Of a stretch of 64,000 bases of DNA, positions 31,509-40,300 are shown piece after piece (the stretch's first letter is position 1; each line of letters starts with the position of its first letter). This stretch comes from Candidatus Ryanbacteria bacterium CG10_big_fil_rev_8_21_14_0_10_43_42 (GTDB lineage: Bacteria; Patescibacteriota; Minisyncoccia; Ryanbacterales; 2-02-FULL-48-12): contig PFEF01000005.1 of assembly GCA_002793915.1 (NCBI GenBank), positions 7,571 to 71,570 on the forward strand, in the 5' to 3' direction. The notes beneath the pieces were generated by a model, which ran no database searches, was not told the origin of the DNA, and saw only the letters and a program-made list of their open reading frames with translations. The position numbers and the translations under genes are program-made.

Positions 31509-31895
31509 ATGAGAAATTTTCAAGAAAAACGACAATGGCGCGACATTTTATCTTCCCGGTTTATTATTATACCGCTCTTTTTACTTCTTATTATTGGAGG
31601 CGTTTCCAGTTTTCGCGCCCTTATGCAGGGATGGGAAGCTCAAAGTGCACGTAAAGAAACGGAAGTGCGCATTCAGGAGCTTGAAGAAGAGCGGCGCCAG
31701 CTATCATCCGAACTGGAAGAGTTTAAGAGCGGGCGCGCTATAGAGCGCGAAGCACGGCAAAAATTGAATTTACGTAAACCTGGTGAAGAAGTCATTATTA
31801 TTGTAGATGGCGAAGATAAGGAAGATAGTCCTGTTTTGGAGAAAAAGGGAATCGGCGCCCGTGTGGCCGATTTTTTCAGGCAGTGGAGAGAATAA
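31509..31895 (+). CDS. Septum formation initiator (FtsB/DivIC family)
   Basis: TM, coiled coil, IEREARQKLNLRKPGE. Confidence 0.85.
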   Translation: MRNFQEKRQWRDILSSRFIIIPLFLLLIIGGVSSFRALMQGWEAQSARKETEVRIQELEEERRQLSSELEEFKSGRAIEREARQKLNLRKPGEEVIIIVDGEDKEDSPVLEKKGIGARVADFFRQWRE

Positions 31896-31941
31896 GAAGT
31901 TTTTGCTATGCTGTAATTATTATTATGAATACTTATATTAT

Positions 31942-32508
31942 ATGAAACGATCCGCTGGTGTTATTCTTGTTATTGTGGCCATTTTTGGTCTGGGGCTATT
32001 TTTTACGGGACTCTATCCGGTGGCACGCATAAACGAGGATATTGTTCTGCGTCGTACGTTTAGTGAACGCGCAAAAGCGCTTATACAGTTTGAAAACAGA
32101 ACGCGCTCACGCATAAACGGAGCAGAACTTACGGAGGATGAACAGCGGGAATTGGAGCGTGTTGTTCTTGAAAATCTTATTATAAACACGGTTCTCACGC
32201 AATACATTAGACATAATTTTACCGAAACAGATCTTTTTATTGAAGCGGAACTGCGAGTGGAAGAAGCGCTTTCATCGGCCGATGCCGATGTATTACCGCG
32301 TGCTACAAGCGAGCTGTATGGATGGAGTGTTGATGAGTTTAAAAAGAATGTACTTTTTCCACAGGCGCTCATGACCGTTCTTGAAGAGCGGGTTTCTGTG
32401 GATAATTCCAATTTTAAGGAATTTGTACGGGAACAGCTTGTGTATAGTGACGTTTCCCTTTATCTTATTCCGTGGAAATGGCAAAACGGCGAGGTGGTGG
32501 AAAGATAA
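31942..32508 (+). CDS. SurA N-terminal-like chaperone domain protein
   Basis: TM, YPVARIN, VLENLI, LYGWSVDEFK. Confidence 0.6.
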   Translation: MKRSAGVILVIVAIFGLGLFFTGLYPVARINEDIVLRRTFSERAKALIQFENRTRSRINGAELTEDEQRELERVVLENLIINTVLTQYIRHNFTETDLFIEAELRVEEALSSADADVLPRATSELYGWSVDEFKKNVLFPQALMTVLEERVSVDNSNFKEFVREQLVYSDVSLYLIPWKWQNGEVVER

Positions 32509-32611
32509 ATTCGCAAGAAACCATACATTATATGGGTGGTACGCATATTCACGGAATAGGCGGACACCGTTTAGTAACGGAGTGTAATCGTGCGTAATAT
32601 AAGCGCTACCG

Positions 32612-32682
32612 GCGAGTGTGGTATAACGGCATTACGTAAGCTTCCCAAGCTTGAAACGAGGGTTCGACTCCCTTCACTCGCT
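32612..32682 (+). tRNA. tRNA-Gly(CCC), CCA not encoded
   Basis: GCGAGTG/CACTCGC acceptor stem, TAAGC-TTCCCAA-GCTTG anticodon arm, GGTTCGACTCC. Confidence 0.95.
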
Positions 32683-32737
32683 CATTCGGTTATACTCCCC
32701 GCAAGAAACCTGCCGGTGCGTTAATGAAAAAAGGACG

Positions 32738-33058
32738 TTACGGTTCCAATAATAATCGCTTTTCGAAGCTTCCACGTTCTTCAATTATTTTGTTTTTCAC
32801 CGCATTAACATCTTCCTGTGAAAACCCTTTTATGCTTCGCATAATATCGGTAATTTCGTAGAGGTATGCAAGTCGTGTTTTAATAAATTCCGCATTATCC
32901 GGCTCCTCCGTCATTTCTTGTATTTCTTCAATAAGTTTTCGTCGAAGCCACTCAAAGTATTCTGTATCATCTTCCAGAACGCGTGTTTTAAGTTTCGTGC
33001 CTTCGGCCGCAAATTTTTCGGGCATCTTGTCCCGAATCAGTTTTTTAAATATTTTCAT
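32738..33058 (-). CDS. MazG-like / PRA-PH nucleotide pyrophosphohydrolase family protein
   Basis: KLIRDKMP..LRRKLIEE..E..ERGSF. Confidence 0.75.
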   Translation of the reverse strand: MKIFKKLIRDKMPEKFAAEGTKLKTRVLEDDTEYFEWLRRKLIEEIQEMTEEPDNAEFIKTRLAYLYEITDIMRSIKGFSQEDVNAVKNKIIEERGSFEKRLLLEP

Positions 33059-33151
33059 ACAGATAGTATACTATACTCTGTACTTTTTATGCCACCGTTT
33101 TTTTGTCATTGAAAAACATGAATTACCATGCTATTTTTGTACATACGTCAT

Positions 33152-33227
33152 GCCACCTTAGCTCAGCTGGTAGAGCGGTTCCTTCGTAAGGAAATGGTCC
33201 GCGGTTCGAATCCGCGAGGTGGCTCCA
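33152..33227 (+). tRNA. tRNA-Thr(CGT) with encoded CCA
   Basis: GCCACCT/AGGTGGC acceptor stem, TTCC-TTCGTAA-GGAA anticodon arm, GGTTCGAATCC. Confidence 0.95.
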
Positions 33228-34309
33228 TGAACGATCTAAAAGAACGTCTTGTGCAGATAATGGAATCCGTTTCCCACTGGCAGGCGGGAAATATTGACAT
33301 TGCAGGAAAAAAGGAAGAAATCATTCGATTAGAGCACGAGGCAACTCTGCCGGCATTCTGGGATAATTCAGAGCATGCGGCCGAGGTGACAACTCGCATG
33401 GCTGACCTAAAGGAAGAAATAGAAATATGGGACGCATTATTCGGCGAAGCAAAAGAACTGGAAGAACTATTGGCGGTTGCCGGTGCGGATGAATCCCTGT
33501 ATGAGGAACTTACGGAAAAAATAACGGTTCTTGAAAAAAAATTAAAGGATGCCGAAATGACCCTTTTATTTGCAGGAACATATGCCCGCAAGGGTGCTAC
33601 CGTATCTATCTATGCGGGTGCGGGCGGACAGGATGCGGAAGATTGGGTGCGTCTTCTTCTTCGAATGTATCAAAAGTATGCAGAAGATAACGGATGGTCC
33701 GTAACGGAACTGCATCGGCATGAAAATGAAATGGGCGGTATTAAAAACATAACGTTTGAAATTGCGGGGAAAAACGCATACGGATATTTAAAAGGAGAGC
33801 AGGGCGTACATCGTTTGGTGCGTATTTCTCCGTTTAATGCCGATAAAAAACGACATACGTCATTTGCGTATGTAGAGATATTCCCCGACATTGATGATGC
33901 GCCTGATGTTCATATAAACGAGGATGACATCGAATACGACTTTACACGTTCCGGCGGCAAGGGCGGACAAAACGTTAACAAGCGCGAAACGGCCGTGCGG
34001 CTTACGCATAAGCCGACCGGCATTGCGGTGCGCGTGGAAACACAGCGTTCACAGGGACAAAACAAAGAACGCGCACTCAAACTTCTTCGGGCAAAACTGT
34101 ATCAGTTGCGGGAAGCATCACATAAAAAAACAATAGAAGAATTAAAAGGCGCAAAAATAGCTATAGAATGGGGGAGTCAAATTCGTTCGTATGTATTTCA
34201 TCCGTATCAGATGGTAAAGGATCATCGCACGGGCGTGGAGACGTCCCAAGTTGATGATGTCCTTGAGGGAGGGCTGGATGATTTCATTGCGGCGGAAATT
34301 CGGTTATAA
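33227..34309 (+). CDS. prfB: Peptide chain release factor 2 (single open frame)
   Basis: [11 protein letters not shown] (SPF), [15 protein letters not shown]; the upstream part of the listed ORF is the tRNA. Confidence 0.95.
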   Translation: MNDLKERLVQIMESVSHWQAGNIDIAGKKEEIIRLEHEATLPAFWDNSEHAAEVTTRMADLKEEIEIWDALFGEAKELEELLAVAGADESLYEELTEKITVLEKKLKDAEMTLLFAGTYARKGATVSIYAGAGGQDAEDWVRLLLRMYQKYAEDNGWSVTELHRHENEMGGIKNITFEIAGKNAYGYLKGEQGVHRLVRISPFNADKKRHTSFAYVEIFPDIDDAPDVHINEDDIEYDFTRSGGKGGQNVNKRETAVRLTHKPTGIAVRVETQRSQGQNKERALKLLRAKLYQLREASHKKTIEELKGAKIAIEWGSQIRSYVFHPYQMVKDHRTGVETSQVDDVLEGGLDDFIAAEIRL

Positions 34310-34321
34310 TAGAAATCACAT

Positions 34322-35005
34322 ATGATATTTTTTGATAACGTATCACGGATCTATTCAGGAAATGCGATAGCGCTCGAAGGAGTAACTCTCACCATCGAGC
34401 CGGAAGAGTTTGTTTCTATCGTGGGACAGTCAGGAGCGGGAAAGAGTACGCTTCTTCGTCTCTTACTCGCAGAAGAGAGTCCTTCTTCGGGAAAAGTTTT
34501 TTTTGATTCTCTGGCATTAGATGAGCTAAGCCAAAAACAGCTCACGCCCATACGCCGTCGCATTGGTACGGTGTTTCAGGATTTTCGTCTGCTACCGCAT
34601 AAGACCGCATATGAAAACATTGCCTTTGCAATGGAGGCGGCCGGTCAGCCGGATGATGCAATTCATTCCGATGTTCCGCAGGTACTGGAACTTGTGGGTC
34701 TTCTCGATAAAGTGGAAAACTTTCCGCATGAGCTTTCCGGGGGAGAAAAACAGCGCGTTGCTATAGCGCGCGCCATTATAAACCGGCCGGATGTGGTTAT
34801 CGCAGACGAGCCCACGGGAAATCTTGATCCGCTTAATACTTGGGAAATAATTAAACTGCTTGCAAAAATAAACGAGTTGGGAACAATCGTTCTTTTAGCC
34901 ACGCATAATCGTGATATTATTAACGCATTAGGAAAACGGGTCATCACGCTTGAAAAAGGGCATGTCGTTCGGGATGAAAAAAGAGGCCGTTACGTACTTA
35001 AATAA
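34322..35005 (+). CDS. ftsE: Cell division ATP-binding protein FtsE
   Basis: GQSGAGKST, VFQDFRLL, LSGGEKQR, ADEPTGNLD; followed by ftsX. Confidence 0.93.
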   Translation: MIFFDNVSRIYSGNAIALEGVTLTIEPEEFVSIVGQSGAGKSTLLRLLLAEESPSSGKVFFDSLALDELSQKQLTPIRRRIGTVFQDFRLLPHKTAYENIAFAMEAAGQPDDAIHSDVPQVLELVGLLDKVENFPHELSGGEKQRVAIARAIINRPDVVIADEPTGNLDPLNTWEIIKLLAKINELGTIVLLATHNRDIINALGKRVITLEKGHVVRDEKRGRYVLK

Positions 35006-35013
35006 CGCATACT

Positions 35014-35922
35014 ATGTTTATAACAATCAAGCGCATCACCAAAGGAGGTATTATAAATTTTTGGCGCAATGGCTGGATATCATTTGCCACCGTTTTGGTT
35101 ATGGTCATAACTCTTTTTGTAGTGGGAGGTCTTTTTTTGGGGAGTGTTGTTCTTTCATCGGTACTTGATTCTCTGGAGGATAAAGTTGATATCACAGTAT
35201 ATTTTGCCCAGGAAGCGCCGGAGGGGGATGTTGTTGCTGTGCGGGATGCACTTCTTACGCTTGGCGAAGTAGAGGACGCGCAGTATATTTCCCGCGAGGA
35301 AGCATTATTAAGTTTCCAGGAACGGCACAAGGAAAATACTCTTATTACGCAGTCGCTTGCCGAACTGGGTGAAAACCCCCTCGGTGCCAGTATAACCATT
35401 CGTGCCACCGATCCGTCGCATTATGAGGCAATTAGTAATTTTCTGGAGGCGAATGTTCTCTCTAGTATTCTCGATAAAGTAAACTTCCGGCAAAACGAGC
35501 TTGTTATCAATCGGCTTACTAATATTCTTGATGTATCGCGTCGCGTAGGCATTGGTGCCGGGATTATTCTGGGATTTGTCGCGTTTATCGTTGCGTTTAA
35601 TACCATACGCATGGCAATTTACACGAGCCGCGAAGAAATAAAAGTAATGAAGCTTGTGGGTGCTTCTAATTGGTACACGCGCGGTCCGTTTTTAGTAGAA
35701 GGCTTTCTCCACGGTCTCTTTGCGAGCATTATTACGATACTGGTATTTTTCCCCATTACGTTCTGGGTGGGACCGCGCGCGGAAGCGTTTTTCGGCGGTC
35801 CTGATTTGTTCATATACTACACAACCCATATCATACAATTATTCCTCCTCCTTTTCTTTGTGGGCATTATGATAGGCATCCTCTCAAGTTCCTTTGCCAT
35901 TCGCCGGTATTTACGGGCGTAA
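35014..35922 (+). CDS. ftsX: Cell division permease FtsX
   Basis: NPLGA, NTIRMAIY..REEI.VMKLVGA, PFLVEG. Confidence 0.93.
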   Translation: MFITIKRITKGGIINFWRNGWISFATVLVMVITLFVVGGLFLGSVVLSSVLDSLEDKVDITVYFAQEAPEGDVVAVRDALLTLGEVEDAQYISREEALLSFQERHKENTLITQSLAELGENPLGASITIRATDPSHYEAISNFLEANVLSSILDKVNFRQNELVINRLTNILDVSRRVGIGAGIILGFVAFIVAFNTIRMAIYTSREEIKVMKLVGASNWYTRGPFLVEGFLHGLFASIITILVFFPITFWVGPRAEAFFGGPDLFIYYTTHIIQLFLLLFFVGIMIGILSSSFAIRRYLRA

Positions 35923-35979
35923 AACGGAGAGCCTCGATCTACACTTGCTTTTTTTATGCGCTTTTGATACCCTTAAAAA

Positions 35980-36098
35980 AGATCCTCTCTTTACCTGCCG
36001 TAAGCGGACAGGGTCATAAGCAATTCTCTCCTCCTGAATTAAGCTGGCCTTGTCCGCTCCCTCTTCATTTTTCTCTGCCCTTCGGGGCTTTTCTTTTT
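35980..36098 (+). ncRNA. Candidate ~120-nt hairpin sRNA with a UCUCCUCCU loop
   Basis: TTGCTT-17-TACCCT upstream; 14-bp stem 36003-16/36045-58; GCCC-TTCG-GGGC-U-tract terminator. Confidence 0.4.
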
Positions 36099-36141
36099 GG
36101 TTGATTAATCATCTTTCATACGTTACATTATGAGTACCTAT

Positions 36142-36215
36142 TGCCGGATAGTGAAATGGTATCACGATTGGTTCTGGTCCAATTATTCTAGGTTCGAGTC
36201 CTAGTCCGGCAGCCA
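36142..36215 (+). tRNA. tRNA-Gln(CTG) with CCA
   Basis: TGCCGGA/TCCGGCA acceptor stem, ATTGG-TTCTGGT-CCAAT anticodon arm, GGTTCGAGTCC. Confidence 0.95.
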
Positions 36216-36321
36216 GTTCGTGCGTAGTGTTTATGCTCAAGGAGCGTAGCGATCTCGTGCGCTCAAGGTGCGTTGTAGGCAACTTGTTATAAAAATATGG
36301 CGGTTGCGATAAAATAAAACT

Positions 36322-36942
36322 ATGAATAAAAAAACTAACATTCTGTGCATCCATGGAGGGATGACGTTTAAAAATAAGAAAGATTATCTAAGTTTCTTAA
36401 GGAATAGGAAGATATCGATTGATAAGAAGGTAAAGTGGTCGGGCAAGTATTTAGATGAGAAGCTAGGGCGAAATTTCCAGATCATTAGGCCAAGGATGCC
36501 GTTACAAGACAATGCTATGTACGAAGATTGGAAAATTCACTTTGAAAGACACCTTCCATTTTTGAAAGGGAAATTTATTCTCATTGGAGAATCACTCGGT
36601 GGTGTCTTCTTGGCTAAATGGCTATCAGAAAATAAATTACCTAAGAAAGCAGTTTCTGCATTCTTAGTATGTCCTCCTTTTGATAATGATCTGATTGGAG
36701 AAGATTTAGTTGGAGGTTTTAATCTATCTAAAGACCTGTCTAAACTCACTCACAACGCTAAAAATATTTATCTGATGTTCTCAAAGGATGATGATTGTGT
36801 CCCTGTGTCTCATGCTGATAAATATAGCAAGAAGCTACCCGATGCGAATATCATTATTTACAAAAGCAAGAACGGACACTTCAATATCTCCAGCTTTCCT
36901 GAAATTGTGAGATATATAAAGGATGACGTTCGTAAAAGGTAA
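36322..36942 (+). CDS. Alpha/beta hydrolase (RBBP9/YdeN-like)
   Basis: IHGG, GESLGG nucleophile elbow, SKDDDCVP, GHF; visibly AT-richer than its flanks. Confidence 0.85.
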   Translation: MNKKTNILCIHGGMTFKNKKDYLSFLRNRKISIDKKVKWSGKYLDEKLGRNFQIIRPRMPLQDNAMYEDWKIHFERHLPFLKGKFILIGESLGGVFLAKWLSENKLPKKAVSAFLVCPPFDNDLIGEDLVGGFNLSKDLSKLTHNAKNIYLMFSKDDDCVPVSHADKYSKKLPDANIIIYKSKNGHFNISSFPEIVRYIKDDVRKR

Positions 36943-37003
36943 GGTGTCTTGCCCGAGTGTTTGTTAACGTGCTCGAAGAGCGTCGAATTGGTAAAATAAA
37001 ATA

Positions 37004-37410
37004 GTTGAAAATAACCTTGCGGGGCTTGATCGACCACGGTTCTAGCTCGACTCGGCCAGCCCAAATTTTGCCCAAATCTTCGATTTGGATGCAAAACTTT
37101 AGGGCACTGGAGCTCCACAGAGCTTAGCGCATACATTATAAAGAAACGCAGCGACTATACGATTTTGTTTACTTATAACCGAAAGGAGTTAGAAAACAAG
37201 AAGTGCCCTCGTGGTAAAAACTTCAGGTGCCAAAGCCCGCGCACGGGCGTGGTACATACCTGTCAAATCTTCGATTTGGATGCAAAACTTTAGGGCACTG
37301 GAGCTCCACAGAGCTTAGTGCATACATTAGGGTGCCAAAGCCCGTCGCGGCATACCTGTTGAGTGCAGTATCCAGAAAGAAAAACCCACCCGCGAGGGTG
37401 GTTTTTCTTT
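37004..37410 (+). ncRNA. Candidate large structured non-coding RNA
   Basis: Extended -10 TGGTAAAAT (36989-97), nested long-range helices, GAAA tetraloop, terminator at 37374-37412, no credible ORF. Confidence 0.55.
37073..37359 (+). repeat. 66-bp direct repeat (37073-37138 / 37264-37329, one mismatch) interleaved with a second repeat GGTGCCAAAGCCCG..CATACCTGT (37226-63 / 37331-59)
   Basis: Direct sequence comparison. Confidence 0.95.
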
Positions 37411-37412
37411 CT
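37374..37412. terminator. Intrinsic terminator
   Basis: AGAAAGAAAAACCCACCC-GCGA-GGGTGGTTTTTCTTTCT. Confidence 0.8.
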
Positions 37413-37438
37413 TCCAAAATCAGCTATAATTTTAATTA

Positions 37439-37861
37439 ATGAAAACTGTTTCGCCGATTTCAAAGTACCTCCTTCTATTCGCTGTTCTGGCGTTCTTTCT
37501 TGTCAGTTTTTTTGGGTTGGGACATACAAACATGGCAACAGGTCCGGATGGACAAATGTCCTCAAGTAACTGCTTCATGCCCGGCATGACGGCATCGCTC
37601 TGTCAAATGAATCCATTTGAGCATATCGCCACGTGGCAGAGTATGTTCACTGCGATACCGAGTCAGAGTGATTTTGTCTTGCTTCTTTTTGCTTTACTCG
37701 CGCTTAGTGCTTTTTTCATTCGGTCATATCAGAGTATGGCCCCACCTCAAGCACTCGTCTTGTTACAACCAGTATTTGCATACTACAAACGGCGCATGCC
37801 AATAATGCATTCACTTCAAGAAGCATTCTCAAACGGCATTCTCCACCCAAAGATTTTCTAA
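37439..37861 (+). CDS. Two-TM hypothetical protein with a Met/Cys/His-rich loop
   Basis: HTNM..QMSSSNCFMPGMTASLCQMNPFEH; C-terminus LQEAFSNGILHPKIF. Confidence 0.7.
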   Translation: MKTVSPISKYLLLFAVLAFFLVSFFGLGHTNMATGPDGQMSSSNCFMPGMTASLCQMNPFEHIATWQSMFTAIPSQSDFVLLLFALLALSAFFIRSYQSMAPPQALVLLQPVFAYYKRRMPIMHSLQEAFSNGILHPKIF

Positions 37862-37936
37862 ATACAGCTGCTCTCGTTAGCAAAAAGCAAAGCGGTTTTT
37901 TGCCGTTTATTAATCCTTAATCATACTCAATTAATT

Positions 37937-38659
37937 ATGGAAGAATCATCAAAAACAAATATATTATCAATCCCCATAGCAATTGTCATTGCCGGAGTAC
38001 TCATTGCCGGAGCTGTTTACATGGGCACTAGTAATAAGGCGGGCATTGCAGAAAACCGGCAGCCGCAAGTTGCTGAACAACAGCAATCAGGAAATCTCGA
38101 TCAGATGGCTCCCATTACAAGCGAGGACCATATTCGCGGCAATCCGAATGCCCAAGTTATAATCGTCGAGTATTCCGATTACGAATGCCCGTTCTGTAAA
38201 GGATTCCATTTGACTATGCAGAGAATTGTTGATGAGTATGGCGACAAAGTTGCATGGGTCTATCGGCACTTTCCGCTCGATTCCATTCACTCAAAAGCGC
38301 GCTCGGAAGCGTTGGCGGCAGAGTGTGCCGCAGAGCTTGGCGGTAACGATGCTTTCTGGAAGTTTACTGATCGCTTCTTCGAGCTGACGCCGTCAAATAA
38401 TCAAACAGACACGGCTACCGTACTGCCGCAAATCGCGCGTGAGATTGGACTTAACGAACCACAGTTTGCTTCATGTCTCACAAGTGGAAGGTACGATGAC
38501 CACATTCAAGCAAATCTCGATAACGGTATTGCAACCGGCGGAAACGGTACTCCATGGAGTATTGTTGTTACAAAGAGTGGTAAAAAATACCCGCTCTCGG
38601 GCGCACAGCCGTACGCATCAGTGAAGCAGTTCATTGATCTTGCGCTCCAAGAGAAATAA
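37937..38659 (+). CDS. DsbA/BdbD-family thiol-disulfide oxidoreductase
   Basis: EYSDYECPFC, YRHFPL, GTP cis-Pro loop, GAQPY. Confidence 0.93.
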   Translation: MEESSKTNILSIPIAIVIAGVLIAGAVYMGTSNKAGIAENRQPQVAEQQQSGNLDQMAPITSEDHIRGNPNAQVIIVEYSDYECPFCKGFHLTMQRIVDEYGDKVAWVYRHFPLDSIHSKARSEALAAECAAELGGNDAFWKFTDRFFELTPSNNQTDTATVLPQIAREIGLNEPQFASCLTSGRYDDHIQANLDNGIATGGNGTPWSIVVTKSGKKYPLSGAQPYASVKQFIDLALQEK

Positions 38660-38661
38660 CT

Positions 38662-39222
38662 ATGAGCACCCATCTGCACAACATCAAACAAGCGTTTACG
38701 GAGGTGTTCGCACATACTTCCTACATCGCGCTCGCAAGCGTACTTACGCTTTTTGCGTTTGTGTTTGCAGTGTGGTTCCCGAATCTCGGACTCATCATTG
38801 ACGTATTCACCACTTCAAGTGCTCCGATAGTAGCAAAACTTAAACTCATAATGAGCTTACTTGGCGGTATCGGTACCAACTTTAGTGTGCTTTCTGCAGG
38901 ATACACAATTGCTATTGCCATTCTCTTCGGAATACTTGTCGCGATGATTGTCTATCTTATAAGGAAGAGACAAGCACAACTTGGAGGTGGCACTCTTGCT
39001 ACGGGACTTGGTGGCGTGTTCAGTGGCATCCTTGGTGTTGGATGTGCAGCTTGTGGATCCTTCCTCCTCATGACAATACTTGCTTCATTCGGAGCGACGG
39101 GTGCAATAGCGCTTCTACCACTCAAAGGAGGAGAGTTCGGTGTTGTGAGTGTCGGATTACTTGTTATATCACTTGCGATCACCGCCAGGAAAATTACTGA
39201 ACCATTAACATGCGAATCATAA
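38662..39222 (+). CDS. Four-TM membrane protein with a GCAACG motif
   Basis: Hydrophobic helices with an intramembrane CxxC. Confidence 0.8.
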   Translation: MSTHLHNIKQAFTEVFAHTSYIALASVLTLFAFVFAVWFPNLGLIIDVFTTSSAPIVAKLKLIMSLLGGIGTNFSVLSAGYTIAIAILFGILVAMIVYLIRKRQAQLGGGTLATGLGGVFSGILGVGCAACGSFLLMTILASFGATGAIALLPLKGGEFGVVSVGLLVISLAITARKITEPLTCES

Positions 39223-39224
39223 CT

Positions 39225-39821
39225 ATGAACAAACAAACGATATTCGCTGGAACCATAGTTTTCTTGTTTATCGCGGGGGTATTCATTCTCGGAGATTCTC
39301 CTAGCGGACAAGACGAACATGGCATCAGCGGGGTTACGAAAACAGCACTTGCCGCGAAGTTCGAGGATTTATCACAAAACGGCAACTCATCTTGTTCGGG
39401 AGGATTCAAGGAATCCATAGCCGCCATGCCGTCCGAGGCACATCTCAAAGGGTCGTGCTGTTCGCCCATGAGCCTGCATCGCTACTCCGAACAAGTGGAA
39501 GGCCTGGAAAAATTCAAATCAGTTCCGGGGCAAGACATCAATCTCATTCCGAACAATCCATACGACATTGAAGTAGGACTCGCCCAAGAGTTCATCGGCT
39601 ACTACGACCTCATCCTGACGCCGGAAGAACAAGCGGCATACGACTACGCGATGCTGAACTCAAACGAAAGAGGTCCGTGCTGTTGCCAATGTTGGCGCTG
39701 GTATGTGTACGGAGGCTTGGGTAAGTACCTTATTCAAAATCACGGCTTTACTGGCGAGCAGTTGACTGAACTCTGGAATCTCTCTGACGGCTGCGGTGGA
39801 GATAGTGAGCATCGCCACTAA
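39225..39821 (+). CDS. Exported Cys-cluster protein
   Basis: N-terminal TM; SSCS, GSCCSP, GPCCCQCWRW, DGCGG..HRH. Confidence 0.8.
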   Translation: MNKQTIFAGTIVFLFIAGVFILGDSPSGQDEHGISGVTKTALAAKFEDLSQNGNSSCSGGFKESIAAMPSEAHLKGSCCSPMSLHRYSEQVEGLEKFKSVPGQDINLIPNNPYDIEVGLAQEFIGYYDLILTPEEQAAYDYAMLNSNERGPCCCQCWRWYVYGGLGKYLIQNHGFTGEQLTELWNLSDGCGGDSEHRH

Positions 39822-39840
39822 TACAAACTAAACAACCATT

Positions 39841-40296
39841 ATGAAAAATATACTTATCATCAGCGGTATCGCCATACTGCTTCTTGCCGGAGGGGTATGG
39901 TGGTCAAAGTCGCTCCAATCAAGCGATCCAAATGTTATCTCAACACGTGGCGTGCACTGGCATCCAGAACTGACCATCTACGTGAACGGCGAGAAGCAAG
40001 ATATTCCCCCAAACATCGGCATAGGGACGCAGTATGCATCCATGCCGACCTTCGACCAAAGCATGCGCATGACCGCTATGCACACGCACGAACCGGACGG
40101 TATCATCCATCTTGAGTTTCCCGGTCGTGTGACGCTAGAAGACACGACACTCGGCAACTTCTTCGCTATATGGGGCAAGGACATGATGAAGGACTTCGGA
40201 ACACTCACAAGCATGACCGTGAACGGAAAAGAAGCAAACGAGTTCGAGGCGTATGAAATGAAGGATGGTGATAAAATTGAGTTGAGGTACGAATAA
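39841..40296 (+). CDS. Exported His-motif protein
   Basis: N-terminal TM; HWH, MHTHE..GIIHLE, TLGNFF.IWG. Confidence 0.8.
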   Translation: MKNILIISGIAILLLAGGVWWSKSLQSSDPNVISTRGVHWHPELTIYVNGEKQDIPPNIGIGTQYASMPTFDQSMRMTAMHTHEPDGIIHLEFPGRVTLEDTTLGNFFAIWGKDMMKDFGTLTSMTVNGKEANEFEAYEMKDGDKIELRYE

Positions 40297-40300
40297 ATCC

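Noticed and set aside
33128-33226. N-terminal extension of RF2 in the ORF track
   Set aside because: It is the tRNA-Thr gene read in frame
37021-37120. tmRNA (GGGGCT..TCGAC start; AGCTCCAC resembling the 3' end)
   Set aside because: No GGTTCGA T-arm before AGCTCCAC, no CCA and no tag reading frame; the spacing is too short
37145-37215. Group I intron core or integron attC (TTATAAC..GTTAGAA)
   Set aside because: The R-like motif lacks a TAGTC S partner and there is no interrupted host gene; the attC-like boxes are only 8 bp apart and no integrase is present
37073-37359. CRISPR array
   Set aside because: Only two copies of a 66-bp unit, too long for a CRISPR repeat, with irregular spacers and no cas genes
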